Shown here: piece by piece, positions 34,914-47,244 of the stretch
Layout of the letters: every line of letters starts with the position of its first letter
Numbering within the stretch: position 1 is the stretch's first letter
Assembly (NCBI RefSeq): GCF_008831285.2
Contig: NC_045138.2
Span: 5,394,001 to 5,458,000, forward strand
Source of the DNA: Nymphaea colorata
Lineage: Eukaryota
Reading direction: 5' to 3'
DNA: 64,000 nt
Program-made: the position numbers and the translations under genes
Notes under the pieces: generated by a model
Database searches by the model: none
Told to the model about the DNA's origin: nothing
Seen by the model: the letters and a program-made list of their open reading frames with translations, nothing else

Positions 34914-35144
34914 CAATGTGATCTTCGAGTAGGTTATATATTAGTCGCTCAACAGGGGACAATATTAAATGCTAAAAATAACCAAATTACCCTCAATATA
35001 GAATTTTAACTTTCCAAAAAAAAAAAAAAGTTATGACTTTGTCAAGCTAGGTATGTCAACTGTGACCACACATAGAATACAATACTAGCTGAAAAACCAA
35101 AGCCGATCGTTGAAATTGGAATAAAGCGAAGGAGTAAAAAAATA

Positions 35145-35491
35145 TCGTTTGGACAAATCAAGAGAAAAAGCAATGTCATGATTCAGGAATGGTATGAATT
35201 CAAAAAAAAGGAAAACAAAAAACCTAAAAGGAAGGGACTTTTTCATTTTACAACAAAGTCAAGTCGACTTGTAAGCTCAAGAAAAAAGAGAAAAAGAGAA
35301 AAAAAGGAGACAATAAATGTGACTATGTTTGGATACAGACCGACGCAAGGGGCCAGGGTGACCGAATCTAACTTAATGTGGCATAATATCTAAAGTATGG
35401 GAATTAAAACTGCATTTATGTTGGAACCGAAATGTTTATGTACCAAAGCCGATCGTTGAAATTGGAATAAAACAAAAGGAGGCGAGACATG
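35145..35491. repeat. ~350-bp dispersed repeat, with further copies at 42387-42741 and ~42833-43120
   Basis: The block tcgtttggacaaatcaagagaaaaagcaatg...ggaggcgagacatgg is near-identical at 35145 and 42387. Confidence 0.85.
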
Positions 35492-36560
35492 GAACAGGTC
35501 TTTTGCTTGTGTTCAAAGTTTTTCAGGTTGTTGTTCTTGACCTGTCCAAGATTACCAGGTGCGGATTCCCTTGATTGTTACCAACTTGTGTAGAGCCTGA
35601 AAAGGCTTTTCTGCGCCAGTGCTTCCAATTTTTCCATTATCAAATGTCAAAAGCTTTCACCCATCTTAAAGGCGCTCGCAGAGAACTGATTATTTTATTG
35701 AGCTGCCGAAAACGCTTGTAATTGATTATTTTGTCATACCTTACAAAATAAGATATGATTTAATAACAAAACTACATAATATGAAGACGGATGAGATTCT
35801 TAAACAAGCGAAAGACTTTTTTGCTTTCGGCACAAGATCATCAGAAGCGTGAACTTCTGCAACATTTTCTTCTGACGATCTTGTGCCGAAAGCAAAAGTG
35901 TCTTTCGCTGGTTTGAAAATCTCATCCGTCTTCATATTATCTTGATGGATTGGAACGGCCATAGTTTTGTTATTAAATCATATCTTACTTTGTAAGGTAA
36001 ATGAACAACAATCTGAAAAACTTTGAACACAAGCAAAAGACCTGTTCCACATGACACAGCTCCACGACTGGTTCGAAAGATTCCACTCTCCAAATGCGTC
36101 CATCATCGCCGCTTTTCCTTTTCTTCCTTTGGTAAGAGACGTTCTGTCCACGGCACAAGACTACCCTGACCTGAATGGTACATGAAACCACACGGCTTTC
36201 CAGGATAGTTTCAAGAAGCTCCTCACAACTCACAAGCGAACTTGGCAGAGAAACTAACCATGAGTGCTCCACAACATTTAATGGCCATGTGTTCCATGCG
36301 AAAAAAAATTAACCGTCGTATAGAAGGTGGTCCTTCACTGGTGAATGGCAACTTGTCACAAGTATGATTAAATTGAAAGGGAACAAGACTTAAAAATTTG
36401 TTTGGATATATGACAACTACCCCGCATAAGCTTTGATAAGCGCTCTTGCCGTGTATCCCTGCACAAGTCCAAGCCCAATGGACTTGAGGACATTCAAGTT
36501 TTACCGCCGATATCAGCAAATACATCAACAAAATGAAGCTTTGGTTGCTCGCCTGTAACA
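35490..36560. pseudogene. Scrambled, heavily degraded CC-NLR relic
   Basis: The minus strand at ~35665 reads MGESF*HLIMEKLEALAQK (Rx_N-like start). The plus strand reads NLKNFEHKQ..QLHDWFERF (cf. DAExKQ..VxDWLxRL) and DISKYINKMKL (cf. LDKYINNLKML in NLR1). Confidence 0.55.
35737..35999. ncRNA. Long stem-loop, candidate MIRNA or hairpin-siRNA precursor
   Basis: Arms 35737-35847 and 35869-35999 are reverse complements with about 7 substitutions and one ~20-nt bulge, around a 21-nt loop. The inverted repeat is directly visible; RNA function is inferred. Confidence 0.5.
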
Positions 36561-37634
36561 GTGTGTGTATATACACAATCTGACCACAGCATCCCCTTGT
36601 TTCTTTGGCTTTGGATGTGTCTGCTTGGTTATGCGCTTGTCACTAGGAATTTGTTAAGAGTTTGTCTTCTGATATTGTCCCCAAGAGTGCTCGAATTGTA
36701 AACAGTGTAAGCTTTTCCCCGATTATTAATCATTGATTTTCATGTACTAAGGAGTGTGTAATCCAAGTGGCCCTTTATGATGATGTATAATTGTCAGATG
36801 TAACAGTTAATGGTTTATCTTTGCTTTTGATGCACCTGTCTATTATGCATCCATGATCTTGTGACATCATGCCTCTGAAAGATATTTGGATGTTTAAGAT
36901 ATTTCTTGCTGCCCAAACTCATGGACGGATGCCTCCCTTGGAGTGCAGATCAGCTGTATGGTGCTTTTGCTCAGTAATGTGAAATATTACTGGAGCCATT
37001 TGTTTCTTTTCAGTTTACCATCATCAGAACATTGACAAATCTGTTAGGAGCATATTTATACTCTTTGTTGAAAGTTATAATTCAAAGGATATTTTCACTT
37101 ATTTGGTTTTGTGCACTTCTTCTAGGAGCTGCCTTGTAAGACCAACCGACTGCACTTATATCTGCACCAAATGTTCCTGAAATGAGCCAAACGAAATGTT
37201 ATTTTCTTTTCCTTCACAAGCCAAGACTGTCAATTGACCACCTGTAATTTGCTTGTTCTTGAGGTTACAAGTCCTTGAATAAACCTGCATACCACTCTAA
37301 CAAGGAAGTCCTAAAGAAGTTGCCAATCTAATAAGTTACTTCAAAGTACATTTTATTTGTGAACCATTTGATCATAATTCGAGAGTCGAGGTCCATCTAT
37401 ACTAGTTTTCATTGTATATATTCAAGATGTGCTGTCCCATTTATTAAGAAACATACCCCAGAAAGATAATGGGGATTTCTATGAGCCATTAATAATAAGA
37501 ATGTCAGAAGTAAAACATAATCATGGCATGAAGGCCTGTGTATAACTTCATTTATTAATCACCACCACGGTAAAGCCTTATATCGAGGCCAACTTATTAA
37601 GACGAAGCAGAGATTTGGCACGACAGGCATTGGT

Positions 37635-37837
37635 CTAGCCAATGGTTGAGGCCCTGATCTAAGCCTTCTTTCAGGATGGGAACTTTCTTCACATAAGGAT
37701 ACTGCGCTTTGCTTGCGGGGGGAGCGATCTGACCATACATCATGTCCACCAGTTCGGTACCATGAACTCTTCTATGTAGGAAATGAGCACACCAAGAGAG
37801 AACATACAGCTGCATTTACTTTGGGAGATTGAGCCAA
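37635..37837 (-). pseudogene. Potato inhibitor I family pseudogene (degraded)
   Basis: Reads KSSW, frameshift, ELVDMMYGQIAPPASKAQYPYVKKVPILKEG, reactive loop deleted, then TIG*. A degenerate exon 1 TTG GCT CAA TCT CCC AAA|GTAAAT lies upstream. Confidence 0.75.
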
Positions 37838-38254
37838 ATGCCTCGGTCGATCTTCAGTAGTAAGTTCCTTACAGTTGAGCAACAACGCTTTCATGTATAG
37901 ATATGTTGCATATACGCACATGATGATAGTAACCATGTGAGTATAGCTAAAGAATTAATGCATGGACATGCCAATGTTGGTAAAGGTGTGAGAGAAAATT
38001 ATGAAGATTTAAGACAAAGTTCACATGTACAAAGAAAAGCTTAAATGTCAAATCAAATATTACAAAGAAGCTAGGCTGATAGCAAGTCGAAATTAATTTT
38101 ACATGCACATGACATTATGCAAGCGAGCCGGAAACCGAGGCTTATTTATTTATTTATTTATGAACGGCAACTGTATATGTCATTACATAAAAGCCTTGCA
38201 TGCAGGCCAACTTATTAGGAATACAGAAATCTTTACATGAAAAACATTAATTGT

Positions 38255-38627
38255 CTAGCCAATGGTGGGGGCCTTGTAAATGGTGCCATTTGGTTTAATC
38301 CAGACGCGAACACGGTCGCAGCGGAAGACCGGAAGAACGATGGTGCCTTCTTTCACAATGTCAACTTCCTTCACATCAGGATTCTCTGCTTGGATGATGG
38401 GGGGAGCGTCCTGTCCCTGCATGCCCACCAGTTCCGGCCATGAGCTCTTCCCTGCGTAAAATGTGAGAAGAAGAAATTAATTACAAGTTTCTAGCACACA
38501 TGTATATGAAGAGTTCAAATCCTCACACCATCTTGAACTCTCTATTGCATCAAGCGGTGTGAAAGACCAAAATATTTATCTTTTCGAATTTGGATAAGGA
38601 AATCTACGAATATTAAGGCTTTACCTC

Positions 38628-38688
<61 letters not shown>

Positions 38689-39051
38689 CGAACAACCAAA
38701 GAATTCATGCCATGAAAGATGCGAACAAGGATGCAGATTTTGACCATGACATAAGAATCTGAACAACGAAGCATATAACTCCCCCGTTGGATGGATCGAG
38801 AGCTTGCTTTTTTTTTTTGCTTTCTCACTTATCCGACAAGAATTGCCATCCAATTAATTTTGAGAAACGAACCGATGGAACCAAGAGAATTTAACACAGA
38901 GTTCTCCTCCCTATCCAACGAAAGAAAAGGGAAAGCGAACAAATCATGCATGCCAACGAAACACGAAATATACGGTGATAGAGATCAGAAATAGGATTCA
39001 GAGAGAGAGAGAGAGGGAGAGAGAGAGTATACCTTTGCAGTCTTGGGCCAT
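38255..39051 (-). CDS. Potato inhibitor I family (PR-6) serine protease inhibitor, 71 aa, exons 39051-39033 and 38451-38255
   Basis: Spliced translation MAQDCKGKSSWPELVGMQGQDAPPIIQAENPDVKEVDIVKEGTIVLPVFRCDRVRVWIKPNGTIYKAPTIG* shows the family hallmarks KxSWPELVG, ENP, RxDRVRV and PxIG. The phase-1 intron is canonical GT-AG. Confidence 0.93.
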
Positions 39052-39160
39052 CTCTCTTCCTTTCTGTGTGGGTCTGATTCAACTATGGCTATACAGCTAT
39101 TGAATGGAGTTGGGGGATTCAACTACAGGGTATGCATGCAATGGAGAGGTGGGTTGGTAG

Positions 39161-39222
39161 ATTTATAGTTCGAGGGCTGCGTCGACGGTGGTAAGCTCTC
39201 CCGCCTTGCTGGAATATTGACC
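39161..39222 (-). promoter_or_regulatory. TATA box and W-box of the protease inhibitor gene
   Basis: CTATAAAT on the minus strand at 39161-39168, ~110 nt upstream of the ATG, and TTGACC at 39217-39222. Confidence 0.55.
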
Positions 39223-39503
39223 GTACGTACGCCTCCATTCTTGAACCTTCCAGAGATCACAGAAAAAGAGAGTTGAATCCTTCAGGTCCTTTCCGTGCAG
39301 TTTTTTCGTTTTTGAATATGTTCACACGTTTATGCGGCCCCCCAATTCAAACATATAGACAAGAGCATATCCACCAAATTCTTGAAAGTACATATGTATA
39401 TAAAACCAGAGACATTCATCTCAGCCCTCAATTCAAACTTTATATAAGCCAGGATTATTCATCTGAAAGCAAATGTATGACCCTTGTGATTTCTTTTTAC
39501 ACC

Positions 39504-39541
<38 letters not shown>

Positions 39542-40342
39542 TATAACAAAAGCAAAGTAGAAAACTGTGGGTGCAGCAGTGTGTGATAACTGATAAAAGA
39601 TAACCTATTAACCTCATTCCAATAGCTGTGGGTAAGAGGATATTGTCTTACAGGGGGGTTGACAACCCGCGGTATGAATATGGCTAATCTTAGTTGTGTT
39701 TGAGGCCAGCCCAGTCAGCGTTTGTGTGGGAGAGAGGGAAGCGTTGTGCCCTTTAAGGTGCTTTTTGCTTGATTGGTTTTGTTTTGCTCACAGGTCTGGA
39801 TGCTCTAGCATCTTCGTTGACCTTTTTTGGTTCTTCTTATTGTCAAGGTTGTCCTTGTGGGGTTTGTTCTTCATAATTAAAAACATGATGATAGTATTAA
39901 TTCTGAACTAAAAAAATGGCAAGAATTTTTTTTTACAGGATAAATCATCATATTTTTGGTAACAGATGACATGGTTCTAATGAAGAGTTAGGAAATTGGA
40001 TTCTTTAAAATTGAACTGAAAATTGTGACATTTCATTTTTAATTAACAAATCATAGTGGCATCGAATTCTACAATGGAAGTACCTCTAACAGAGTAGGGT
40101 TACTGATTTTGACTGAGCACTTGATACAAATAAATCGAGGCAGAAAATTATGGTCTTGGCAGGTCTGTACCAAAGACTTGCTGGTTCCTTAGGGGATATT
40201 TGGAAATACTAACAGTATGTTATTGTCTCGTTCATTTAATCTAAAAATTTATTAGATTCATTAAAAACTTTAAAAAGTATTTCATGAATTTACTACACTT
40301 TTTAAGAAAGATGTATAGAACAGTAACATAAATAGTTTCTAA

Positions 40343-40486
40343 AGGGACGTTTGGTAGTTAGAACATTATGTTTGTTTTATGAATCTATCTTAAAGATTGA
40401 GACAGATTCATGAATGTGCCTCAATTTTTAAGATAGATTTATGAAATACTCACAACACAAAGTGTTTCATTTGCCAAACAATGCTT
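40343..40486. mobile_element. Tourist-like palindromic MITE
   Basis: Ends AGGGACGTTTGGTA / TGCCAAACAATGCTT next to TAA, with an internal palindrome gaatctatcttaaagattga...tcaatttttaagatagattt. Confidence 0.55.
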
Positions 40487-41125
40487 TAAAGCTGATTTAC
40501 CAACATTAACAAACTTTTACAATCTAGGCACATGAAAGCATTTTCTTCTAATGAGCTTATGAATGTTTTTGTGCCTATGGTAGTTCTTCTTTGTCGAAAC
40601 TAAGATTATTGGGTAAACCAATGAACTCAAATGTTAATGCAATTTACGGAAGTTCCTATTTATCAGTGCACCGTCTTCGCCTACTCCTTAAGTACTTGAT
40701 TAAGCTAAGTAGTAATGGGAGGAAAATTTGGCATAAGGAGAGTGGTTCTTGTTTGAACATCGTGCTTGATTTGCATGATTATTTTTTTCTCCAATTCATG
40801 AAAATCAGATGGTTCATGGTTGCTGTGACCTCTGTCGCAAGGTTGTGGCTAATAGGCTGTGGCACCGACAGCTCCTCGCTGGAAGCGTCAGGGAATATTA
40901 ACGTTTTTTCAGCTTTTTTTCAAGAAAAAAGGAAAATTTATACAGTGTATATATAATACCTGCCATGAGCCATACTAGCGACAAGAAGATCGCCAGGAAT
41001 ACTCAAACTATGGCATATTTATTTATTTATGAATGGCAAGTGCACATGCTATTGCATAAAAGCCTTACATGCAGACCACCTTATTAAGAACAAGCTAAGA
41101 TCTTTACATGAAAGACGTTAATGGT

Positions 41126-41314
41126 TTAGCCAATGGTGGGGGGCTTGTAGATGATGCCGTTGGCAGACGCGTACACGGTCACAGCGGAAGTCCAAAGGAA
41201 CGAAGGTGCCTTCTTTAATCACGAAAGATTCCTTCACATTAGGATTCTCCGCTTTGATGATGAGGGGAGCGATCTGTCCATACAGTCCCACTAGTTCCAG
41301 CCATGAGCTCTTCC
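41126..41314 (-). pseudogene. Potato inhibitor I family pseudogene (exon 2 only, 8-bp deletion)
   Basis: KSSWLELVGLYGQIAPLIIKAENPNVKESFVIKEGTFVPLDFRCDRVRV, then a frameshift. The exon is 189 nt versus 197 nt in the intact copy. No exon 1 was found upstream. Confidence 0.85.
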
Positions 41315-41354
41315 CTGTATTAATAAGAAAAATTAATTACAAATTGGTAGCTGC

Positions 41355-41394
<40 letters not shown>

Positions 41395-44028
41395 TGAATA
41401 GAATATGTGTATGTGTGAGTTCACAACTTTTCAGATTTAGATTTCGGGTTTTCATCCATCTTCTGGGGTTTACCAATCTTAGGGTCAGGAGAATTCTTGC
41501 GTGTTAGAAGAAGAAAACAAACATGAAAAGAAGGAGAGATAAGAAGTGGGAGAAAGGAAAAAAGAAGAAAAGAATGGAAGTGAATATTTATATTTATATG
41601 TAGAATTGAGATTTAGACTATTGTATAGCCTTTTCTAAGGCCAAGATTGTCAATGATACGATCAAATGAAATGATTAAATGTTCCTACTCATCTGGCTCT
41701 CTCTAGATATGCTTTTATTCAAGAAAACCACGTACATGATTCAATTAGGGGGCGAAAAAAGCCATCGAGTTGAAAGGAGCAGCCAAAAGTTCATTAATAA
41801 GAGCCCTCGCGCATCGCTTGGTGCAACCGCAAAAGCATTAATGAGGCTTTCTTGGTAGGCAAAAAGGGGTCGTCACCGAGGGCTTTATACAAAACCTTCC
41901 ATATTGGAAAAGGAAAATGGAAAAGACATTTCAATTCTAGGGTTAACCTTTTGCTTTTAATCCTACAACAGGCTTGCGTCTCTTTTTAATAATGTATATA
42001 CTATCAAGGCTAAGTAGAAGCAAAGACACTAAAGAAGAAATGACAACAAGTAAAAAAGTGGACCCGAGACTCAGTCGCGATAAAACAGAGAGGACACTGG
42101 TTAGCCAAACTGATGCCAAGATGCTGAGAGAGTGTGTGTGTGTTTGTCTATGTAATTAATGAAGAGCAATTAAATATGAATGGCTGTCATTTCTTTTTTC
42201 TTCGATACACTGGCGAGTCAACTTTCATCATATCAATTTAAGTGAATTCGAACTTGATTCATTTAAAATAAAAACTTGAACTCAATTAGTTTATGAGATG
42301 AGTTAGCTCGACTTGGGTTCAAGAAGAGATTTACTGAGTCGAGTCCAAAATAACTATTTTCAATTTGTAAATTTAACCTCAATGGCTCGTTTGGACAAAT
42401 CAAGAGAAAAAGCAATGTGAGGATTCAGGAATGGTATGAATTTAAAAAAAGGGAAAACAAAAAACCTAAAAGGAAGGGACTTTTTCAATTTACAACAAAG
42501 TAAGTCGACTTGTAAGCTCAAGAAAGAGAAGAAGAGAAAAAAAAGGAGACAATAAATGTGACTATGTCCGGATACAGACGTGTTAGACCGACGCAAGGGG
42601 CCACGGGTGACCGAATCTAACTTAATGTGGCATAATATCTAAAGTATGGGAATTGAAACTGCATTTATGTTGGAACCGAAATGTTTATGTACCAAAGCCG
42701 ATCGTTGAAATTGGAATAAAACAAAAGGAGGCGAGACATGGTCTTAAATTTTTTTTAGTAAAAAAAAAGTAGGGTGAGCATCTTCTAGTAAAAAAATAAC
42801 TATTTTCAATTTGTAAATTTAACCTCAATGGCTCGTTTGGACAAATCAAGAGAAAAAGCAATGGTAGGATTCAGGAAATATAAGAATTAAAAAAAAGGGA
42901 AAACAAAAAACTTAAAACAAAGTCAAGCCAATGTCTTTCTTTATTTGCCCCCACTTGCCCCCACTTGTAAGCTCAAGAAAGAGAAGAAGAAGCAAAAAGA
43001 AGACAATAAATGTGACTATGTCATTATCGAAACAGCAAGGGGCCGTGGTTGACCGAATCTAACTTAAAAGTGGTCTAATATCTAACGTATGGGAGTTAAA
43101 ACTGCATTTATGTTGGAACCGAAATATTTAAAACTGCATTAAAACTGCATTTATAAAATAGTTTGATTTTTATATTTAAAACTATATCTCTATTGTTTGA
43201 CCTTTTCAGAATAGATGATCCAAATGATTCTCTGGCAACTACTTTCTTTCGTTGGAGTGTGTACAATTGTAAGAGTCTTAATTTACCTCTTCTCAATTAT
43301 AATACTATTAAGTTTTTAACTAAGAAGTTCACTGAGTGTTCTACACTAATTTTTTTTCAGATTTCTCCGTTTATTTTCTTGACAATTTTCTGTTTATCCA
43401 ACCAATTGTTGACATAGAATTGTGGAGGTGTATGATCCTCTCACAGGCGGTGTAATTTGTTATGGGCAAGATAGATGGACATAAGAGTTTCCCTAGTCGC
43501 CCTACTTGTTGTACTTATTTCATTTCTCTTTCTGACTAGATATCTTGTGAAAGCTGATTTTTTATCATGTTAGAATAGTCTATGTGCTTCAAATCTCCAA
43601 TTATTTGTTCTTGAACTTTATCATTATAATGCTTATTTTTTGATGACGACTAACTGAATAAATCTATGCTTAGTAAAGGAGCCATTGGAACTTGGTGATG
43701 TTACAGCATATTCAGTACCAGGTCAGAACTGAGGGCATACACAAACCATATTCTGAACCCTCGATTGCTGTTATTATAAACTTTCCTGTCATTCAAAAAC
43801 TACAAAAAACTTTTTATTTATGCAACTTACAGTCGGATACATGGAAATCGTAAGATCTGCACTTCCTGTTAAATCAAATAAATTGCTTTTCATGTGCCGG
43901 GAATCAGATTTACATTTCCCCAACTTACATGCTTTTCCAAATTAATCCTTGAGTGGATATGTCTCCATCTTTTATAATAGAACGACTCAAATCAGGAGCG
44001 CCTTGACGGTTGAAGCAGTTTATTTGAT

Positions 44029-44233
44029 TCCTCCTTTACCGCATACAGTGCGCGCAACTTTCTCTCCTCTTGATGCTCTGTCGGGGCTGCATGATGCAGA
44101 CTGAGGTGTGTGGATCTTTACCAAGTATACATCACTAGCATGGAAATTAAACATGCAAACAATGGAACCCAACACACAAATTTTAGGGCAGGTTGGAAAT
44201 TAAAAAGGATCGTGACTCGTTAATAATAAGAGC
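44029..44233. repeat. 205-bp direct repeat, copy 1 (copy 2 at 47040-47244)
   Basis: Two mismatches seen between the copies. Copy 1 ends exactly at the Copia LTR. Confidence 0.9.
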
Positions 44234-46797
44234 TGTTAGGAACAACACAGAATAAACTCTCCTCTCGTACTCTCAAGAGGGGGTTAAAAGCAACAAGGAA
44301 GAAGACAACGATTCACGTGGTTCAGAGCAATAATCTCCTACGTCCACGGTCGCACAGATCTCTTGTATTCTCTCTCTCTAGGAACACACAGAACAGACAC
44401 TCTCAAGCAGCGGCCATCCTCAAAACATAAGGATTAAGGCAAACCCGCATTTGTAAAAAATGACATATATGCCCTTATCCGCGGTATTGCAAATGAGTGT
44501 CCAGTATGGATCAACTTCCATACACCAACAATCTCCCACTTGGAATTTGATCCATCCAAGTGCTTGTACATCACATGCTCAACCTGTGCAACGTCTCCTC
44601 ATCAATCAACCTTGGAGACAAACTGAGGTTAAACATAACCTCAACTTCTCAGCAGTCACTGGCTTTGTCAACATGTCTGCAGGATTCTCTGTTCCACGAA
44701 TCTTTTCAAGAGATAGTATCTTCCCTTCCAACAAATCTCTAATGAAATGATACTTCAATTCAATATGCTTTGTTCTAGCATGAAACACTGGATTCTTGGC
44801 TAAATGAATTGCACTTTGACTATCACAAGAAAGAATACTCTTATCTTCTTTTACATGCAATTCTTTTAGAATAGTCTTTAACCAAAACATCTCTTTGTTG
44901 GCCTCTGTAACTGCAATATATTCAGCTTCTGTGGTAGACAGTGCAACAACCTTTTGAAGCTGTGAAACCCAACTGACACAGGTTCCTCCTAGGGTATAAA
45001 TGTACCCGGTAGTACTTCTTCTACTGTCAAGATCACCACTCAAATCTGCATCCACAAAGCCATGCAAAAGTAATTCATTTTTCTTAAAACAAAGGCTCAT
45101 ACCTGAAGTTCCTTTCAAATAACGTAATATCCACTTCACAGCCTCCCAATGTTTCTTTCTAGACTCAGCCATGTATCTGCTCACTGCTCCCACTGCTTGT
45201 GCTATGTCTGGTGTAGTGCATACCATAGCATACATCAAGCTACCCACTGCTGAAGCATATGGAATCTTTGACATTTCTTCATGTTCTTCATCTGTCTTGG
45301 GTGACAAATCCTTGGACAGTTTGAAATGACTAGCAAGAGGCTTACTAACAGGTTTAGCATCTTGCATCTTAAACCTGCACAAGATCTTCTCAATATAATT
45401 TTGTTGAGACAAATTTAACGTACCTGTCTTACTATCCCTACTAATTCTCATCCCAAGGATCTGTTTCGCAGCGCCTAGATCTTTCATTTCAAACTCTTTT
45501 GATAGTTGTTCTTTCAGAGAATTAATCTCTTGCAAATTTGAGCATGCAATAAGCATATCATCCACATATAATAGTAAAATGATATAACAACTATCAAGAT
45601 TCTTAAAATAGCAACAGTGATCTATATCATACTTCTTAAAAGCATTTCTCCCCATGAAGTTATCAAACTTTTTATACCACTGTCTCGGTGCCTGCTTTAA
45701 ACCATAGAAACTATTCTCTAACTTGCATACAAGACTTTCTTTTCCTAATACTTGAAAGCCTTCAGGTTGCACCATATAAATGTCTTCCTCCAAATCCCCA
45801 TGAAGGAATGCAGTCTTTACATCTAGTTGCTCTAAATATAAATTTTCAGCTGCAACTAAACTCAATACCAATCTTATAGTAGTTAGTTTTACAACAGGAG
45901 AGAAAATTTCTGTATAATCTATACCTTCTTTCTGTTGAAAACCTTTCACTACTAACCTTGCTTTATACATTTTCCTTCCATCTGTTTCTTCTTTAATCCT
46001 GTATACCCATTTGTTTTGCAATGTCTTCTTCCCACAAGGAAGCTCAGTTAATGTCCACGTTCTGTTAGCATGTAGAGAGTCTATCTCCTCTTTCATAGCT
46101 AACTCCCACTTAACAGAATCTGTAACCTGCATTGCTTCATCAAAACACTCGGGTTCTCCAGCATTAGTTAACAACAAGTAATGTAAGTAAAGAGAATACC
46201 TTCGATTTGGTTTTGGCCTTCTACTTGATCTCCTTAATGGAGGTTGGGATGTGCTTGCTTCTTGTTCCATCTGACTGTTTCCACCTTGACTCTTAATTGC
46301 AACATCATCTTCAGAGACATCTTGAAGTTCTACAATGTCTTCACTTGTGTCATGATGTTCATTCTTCTCAGACATAAGACTATCATTGTCTTTGTACAGA
46401 GCCATCTCATTAAACACTACATCATTATGTCTAACAATCTTCTTCGCTTTATCATCCCAAAAGCGATACCCAAACTCATCATTTCCATAACCAATGAAAT
46501 AACATTTTCTAGACTTAGGATCTAATTTATCCCTTTTATCCGAGTCTATATGTATGTAAGAAACACAACCAAAGACTCTTAAGTGTGCAAGATTTACCTC
46601 CTTGCCGGTCCAGGCTTCTTCAGGTATTCCATAGTCCAAAGGAACAGAAGGCCCACGATTTATCAAGTATGCAGCTGTACTGATTGCATCCGCCCAAAAC
46701 ATCTTTGGTAAGCCTGAATGCAGTCTCATGCTTCTTGCTCTTTCACAAAGGGTTCTGTTCATTCTTTCAGCAACCCTATTTTGTCGTGGCTTTTTAG
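44234..46797 (-). mobile_element. 5'-truncated Ty1/Copia retrotransposon (Tnt1/Tork-like) with 3' LTR at 44234-44530
   Basis: The LTR reads TGTTGG...CCTAACA on the minus strand, preceded by the polypurine tract AAGTGGGAGAT, with the pol ORF upstream. Confidence 0.9.
44606..46797 (-). CDS. Copia pol fragment: integrase C-terminal part, reverse transcriptase, RNase H (open frame, no true start)
   Basis: QNRVAERMNRTL, KARLVVKGFQQ, QLDVKTAFLHG, LLYVDDMLIA, FVDADLSGD and RTKHIELKYHFIRD. Confidence 0.9.
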
Positions 46798-47039
46798 GGT
46801 ATTGCAAATGAGTGTTTGACGTCACATAACTCTCGAGTTTTTGAGCATTCTTTACCCAGTTGACGTAGCCTCCTCTTGCGAACCTGGTTGTATTGCATTA
46901 ATTTTCTTAGTATAGTTAATAACTAAAATACCTTTAGTTCACACTAAAAAAGCTTTTAGGTAAAAAAACAAAAATAATAATGAAAAAAATAAAAAGACTA
47001 TAAATGACATTTCCTTTTATAAATTACCAAAATATCATC

Positions 47040-47244
47040 TCCTCCTTTACCGCATACAGTGCGCACAACTTTCTCTCCTCTTGATGCTCTGTCGGGGCTG
47101 CATGATGCAGACTGAGGTGTGTGGATCTTTACCAAGTATACATCACTAGCATGGAAATTAAACATGCAAACAATGGAACCCAACACACAAATTTTAGGGC
47201 AGGTTGGAAATTAAAAAGTATCGTGACTCGTTAATAATAAGAGC
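47040..47244. repeat. 205-bp direct repeat, copy 2 (empty-site version)
   Basis: Matches 44029-44233 but continues atcttt instead of entering the LTR. Confidence 0.9.

Noticed and set aside
35741..35962. 73-aa ORF with internally repeated-looking sequence
   Set aside because: By-product of reading through the inverted repeat.
37635..37772. Alternative exon 2 for the intact inhibitor gene
   Set aside because: The acceptor context is altered, splicing to the available AG gives an early stop, and this copy has its own decayed exon 1.
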